64,000 bases of DNA from Paramoeba atlantica. Lineage: Eukaryota > Protista > Discosea. Positions 59,089 through 64,000 of the stretch are shown piece by piece. The DNA is taken from the NCBI GenBank assembly GCA_977017575.1, contig CDRNVI010000043.1, forward strand, positions 620,001 through 684,000. The letters run 5' to 3'. Both the position numbers and the translations under genes were made by a program. Within the stretch, counting starts at the first letter, position 1. Each line of letters begins with the position of its first letter. The notes beneath the pieces are model-generated. The model worked only from the letters and a program-made list of their open reading frames with translations. It did not search any database and was not told where the DNA came from.

Positions 59089-61759
59089 TTTTTTTTTTTT
59101 TTTGTGTTCTTTATAAAAAGTGTGTTCTTTATAAAATTTTGTTTAGTGTCACTGTCTGTGAACATTCATCTCAGTTTCTTTTCATAGACTTTCAGTCGTC
59201 TAAACTTCAACTCTTATATCAATAGTCAACGCCTACCGAAAAACTCGCACGTGCCTAAAAAGCCGTATTGTCCACTTGAGTTGTGGCTATGTATTTGCGG
59301 AGTTGGGACATCACCACTGAACCGTTAAGTTCCTGTAGTCGAAGGGTGAAATCCTGTACTACGAAGTCCCGTTCGAGTCCACATGCATCAGCCAGGGTTG
59401 TGATAAGCGCTTTGGTGTTGCTGTGCATTGCACCGCCGGAGAGCATTGGTACACATTGGAATTGCTCATTAGGAATAAGCTTAGACGCCACGTATTTGGA
59501 GACTTTGCGTTTTATGGCATCACGGAAAAGCTGAGCGGTGCTACGTCCAACATTTGATTGCGATAGCTCGTGGACGATGGTGAAATCGTAGTATACATCT
59601 CCGCTTGCCCAATGAATCACGATATCTGGGCCCGAATGATAAAAAGATCCGGATCCGCAGGTTCTTTGGTGATGGGATTTGCCGTCGCCATCCACGCTTG
59701 CTCCACATTTTGCGCAAGTATAGGTGGAGAACTGTCTGGGTTCCAGCTCACAGGGCAGACCTGATTTTATGCATAATTCATAAATATTCCGAACCATCCT
59801 GTTGTGCTTTGCCGTTGCGTTATTGCCTGAACATTTGACGCACCCGGACACGTGCGTGAGCGCTGTACGGGGGGTAAGTAATGCATGGCACCCTGGACAC
59901 TGTAAATTGGAGGGGAGGCTCGGATGTGCAATCCCAATGCGTGGCATAACTGCTAACTTGAAAAGTCGCGTAGGTACAAGTCTAGAATTTGAGGTGAGCC
60001 ATGAATAGTTACCTTTGGAGCTAGCTGCTCGTATTATGTGGGCTTGCGTTTTATCTGTCATTAATTTGTCCCGTATGTCGTTGTGGTAGAGTTCCTCGGT
60101 GACTTCTTCTTCCTCCGTAGGGGCGTGCTGGCTGAGTTGAGGTTGGCTCTGCACTACGCCTAAACGAGCGGCGGGAGCTGAAAGGTGAGATGGTCGCTCC
60201 GTTGCTGCAAGTTTCGAACGAGTGTAGGCTGCCTCTCGAAGAGGTTCTGAGGGAGTAAGTCCAAGCCCGCCTTTTTTGAGGGGAAGGCGTGCCCAAGAAA
60301 GTTGTTCTGCTGTGAGTTCTCCAAACCACGTCTGTAGCGTATCTGATACCCTGGAGTCGAATTGTCGCGTAAGGTGCAATGATGTGTCTGGGTGGTGGAC
60401 GCGAATGTGATATCTGTGGCGCACGTTGACACAGCGTGATAGGAGGAGGAGAGAAACGTTGCTTGCCCCCATAAGCTGTAGACGACGGAAGATAGTTTGG
60501 TGCTTTTCGAGCTTTTGCAGAAGCTTCTCACTTACGATGTCTGGTTCTCCAACAAAAGCCCCCAGAACCTTTATCGCTTGTGCTTCAGTTGCCACGCCAG
60601 CTCCTTGTAATGGATTCGGAAGAGGGATTTTTTGTGTTCCTTCGAACCAGACACACTTTTGAGGGGCCATATCCACTCGTTTCTCGAGCAGCAGTTCCCT
60701 TAGGCGGAAGTAAGCTTTTGCGATAAGTTCCGGCTCGGTTGACGCAATGCTGATATCGTCAATGTAGGCATAGATCCGTAGAGTCGGGAATTCAGAGGCG
60801 AGGGTTTCAAGAATGGGTTGGAGGAAAGCGCAGAAGAAAATTGTGGACAAAGGAGATCCTTGGCGTACTCCCGCCGCACTTTTTATAATGCTGTTCAACC
60901 GACCCTCACTGCCATAATAGAGGAGCTCTGACGGATTCCTGTATTCCGCATTAAAAAGACGATAAAACCCTCGGAGGCCGTGGAAAGCAAAAACAGCCTT
61001 AGCGATTTCATCCCGCGACGGAGAATTGAATGCGTTTTTCAAATCTATTGTAAGTATGGCGCAACCATTCTCGTGACGCTTATTCAGCTTATGTATGATG
61101 TGTTCGCATCCCGATTTCACCATGACACCGAATTGATAAGGTGCAAAGAGGGGTACAAGTTTTTTTTCGTGTCGCTGAAGTAGAACAATTTCTGCTAGCT
61201 TTAACCAAACCTCGCCCACCGCAATGGGGCGCACTCCCTGCTGTGGTTTTGGAACTGCTACGAGCCTCGCCCTTTTGATGCGTTTCATGACTTCTTCGGC
61301 GAGCTCCCCGTTGATTAAGTCCGTTATCATGTGGCACAAACTTAGGCAACATACCTCGTCGTCCAATAGGATTCGTAAAATCGAGTCTGTCGTACCTGTG
61401 GGTCCGGGGGCTGCTCCTTTCGCTAAGCGACGTCCTGCCTCACGTATCTCATTGGGCGTGACGCATGCAGTAGTTGGGGCGTCGTATGGCATCTGAAACA
61501 TGGTAGGTAAATCCGGGTGAAGTGCACGCAGCTTCTCAATCGTTTGGGTGTCGTTTAGGGTTCTGGGTGTGACTTCTTGATCAAGAAGGCGAGTTGCTTT
61601 TGAGACGCAGCCGTCGATCACTAGGCTTGTTGCTTTCTTGATGGCGCGTTTATCCGAGACAGTATCTGGGCCGTTGTATACGAGGTTCCGTGACTGTGAT
61701 GAATCCGAGTGTTCTGATTGCGTGTCGCAGTCCGTTTGCAAGATGTTCTTTATATTCAA
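59089..61759 (-). mobile_element. CRE/SLACS-clade non-LTR retrotransposon, 5'-truncated, open RT-RLE ORF (59255-61759) with A15 tail
   Basis: GVRPIAVGE, DLKNAFNS, GVRQGSPLS, AYIDD, LPLKKGGLGL, CPGC...H...C, KHN, PDIVIHW...YD; poly(T) at 59089-59103. Confidence 0.92.
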
Positions 61760-61897
61760 AGAACTTGAATTTGAGATTTTGATTCACTTTTTATAAAGAA
61801 CAGTGACAAAGAACACTACATAAGAAAAAGGTCTGTTTCAAAGTAAACTTCGTAGCCTGACATCTTCGTCTTCTTTTCTTCGTCTGACGCAATCGTC

Positions 61898-64000
61898 TCA
61901 AAAGGTGAGTTCACTTTCTTTTCTGTCCCGTGATATGTATTTCCTAAGTTGTGAGTACGCCACTGCACCATTCAGCTCCTGTAACAATACCTGGAACTCT
62001 GATTTGATTTGTTGTCTCTGACTTCCGCTAGCGTCCGCAAGTGCTGAGAGCAGGGATTGCGTGTTCGTGTGCATCGCGCCTCCTGACAGGATGGGGATAC
62101 ATTGAAAGGAGCTTTCCGATATTTTTCCAGATTTCACGTATGTGTCGTGTTTGCGCTTGGAGGCCTCTCGAAACAGCTGGGCGCATTTCGTCGCAAGATT
62201 GGAGGGAGCGAGTTCATGTACAACGGTTAGGTCGTAATATATTTCCCCACTTGCCCAATAGATAACGAGATCTGGCCCGGACCGACGGAAAGATCTGCCT
62301 CCACATGCTCGTTCGTGGGTCCGTTTGTGGTTTGGTTCAACCATCTCGTTGCATTGTGTGCAACGGAGGGTGGAAAAAGTTCGAGGCTCCTTTTCACACG
62401 GAATGCCGGTTTTTAAACACAATTCGTATAGGAAGTTGACCAGGGTGCTGTGCTTTACCGTTGCGTTTAAACCAGCGCATTTTGAGCATCCTGTAATATG
62501 ACGTATCATGTTGTCAGAATTCAGAAGAATTTTGCACCCTGGACAAATAATATGGGAGGGCAAATCCGGATGTGCAATTCCAAGTCTCGGCATTATGGCA
62601 AGTCGGAAGAGGTGGGGTGGAATTAATTTTGTGTCCGACAGTACCCACTCGCTGTTTCCTTTGAATGCTACTTTCTCGAGTATTTTGGACATGTCCGATG
62701 TGCCGCTTGTCAATTTCTCCCAGGTTCTAGAGTGTATCTGGGCTGCCGTAGTTGTTGTGTCATTGGGAGGAATATTTGTGTGCTGCTGGTCGTGGGCGCT
62801 TTGTATTTCGAGGTTGTCGGTCCGAGCTGAGTTGTTCACTTGTTGCTCAAGAACCGAGTACCTGGATGATTCATATGCTGCCCTTCTTGTCGTTGCGCAT
62901 GCTGTTAATCCTAAGCCCCCTTTCTTCGTTGGCATGCGTATTAGCGACATTTGTTCTTCATTTAATTCTCCGAACCACGATTCGACCACTTTCTCAGTTT
63001 CCGTGTCAAAGCCCTCCGCTGAATTTTCGGAGGCGGCGGGATTGTGAACACGCATATGATATGTCTGTCTTACATTGACACACTTGGAGAGAATCTTGCA
63101 TGACAGGTTGCTAGGGCCCATGCGCTTGAGTCGACGGAATATGTCATTGTGTTTCTCCAGCGACTTCGACAAACATTGACTCACAACTTTATCATCTCCA
63201 ACGAACGCTCCCAGTACTTTGAACGCCTCGTCTTCCCCCGTGACTCCCGCGTCTCGAAGTACGTGTGGCATACGCTTTTTCCGTTTCCCACCGAACCATA
63301 TGCATCTGTGGCTCGCCACAAATAAGCTTTGATGCGTCAGTAGCTCGCGGAGGTATAGGAAAGCATCTGTCAACTCTTCGGGGCTGTGAGAAGCTAGTGT
63401 GATGTCGTCAACATAGGCATTTATTTTAACTTTCGGATACTTTGCCGCCAGAGTTTCCAACACTGGTTGAAGCAACGCGCAGAAGTACACCGTCGAAAGG
63501 GTCGAGCCTTGTCTTACTCCGTTCGTACTTAGAATGGTACCGACGTGCTTGCCTTCGTGACCGTAATAGAGAAGTTCTGAAGGAGCTGCGTACTCGGCAT
63601 GAAAGAATCTTTGGAATGGTCGAAGTGTCGCCAATCCGTAAACTGCTCTGGCCAGGTCATTTCTTGATGGGGCGTTGAACGCGTTCTTGACGTCGATTGA
63701 CATGATACATGAACCTTCCTTGTATAGGGAATTCAATGTATGTACAACCCTTTCGCAGCCGGACTTCGCCATCACTCCCTGTTGTATCGGAGCGAAAAGT
63801 GGTTGGAGAGTGACTTCGAAACGTTGCACCAAAACCAAACCTGCTAGTTTCATTATCACTTCCCCAACTGCCACTGGACGGACACCCCCATTGGTCTTGG
63901 GTATTGCAATGAGTCTTGATCTCGTTAACCGCCGCATTACGTCTTTTGAGAGAAAGCCATTCACAAGGTCCATGAGCATATGACAGAAATTCGCACAACA
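61898..64000 (-). mobile_element. Second tandem CRE-clade RT-RLE ORF, running off the window end
   Basis: GVRPVAVGE, DVKNAFN, GVRQGSTLS, AYVDD, PDLVIYW...YDLTVVH. Confidence 0.92.

Overview
Eukaryotic genomic DNA, most likely from a kinetoplastid of the Perkinsela/Ichthyobodo (prokinetoplastid) type. The taxon is inferred from three things: 15 intron-less host genes all on the - strand (MCM6, UTP18, YIF1, an orphan, NBP35, SMC1, TRM11, zeta-COP, RPS25, VAMP7, an mS47/HIBCH-like protein, CCT5, a J-like protein, AP-2 sigma, MetAP2); a spliced-leader (SL) core AAAGATACAGTTTCTGTACCTTGTTG|GTAC; and CRE/SLACS-type and TATE/VIPER-type retroelements. About half the window is accessory DNA. Positions 3.9-18.4 kb hold nested DNA transposons (Tc1, a pogo-like transposase fused to a Ulp1-like protease, hAT, MITEs) and two dispersed SL-RNA-gene-like units. 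Positions 36.9-39.2 kb and 41.4-64 kb hold a tyrosine-recombinase retrotransposon with split direct repeats, a 153-bp tandem array and a cluster of RT-RLE elements. The most novel-looking signal is a candidate LINE/SINE-like system. Several retroposed elements begin with spliced (intron-less), sometimes stacked SL fragments, and three of them carry paired copies of a covarying RNA hairpin motif; in one, the pair lies at the 3' end of an RTE-like RT fragment. All family assignments come from motif recognition by eye; no database searches were run.
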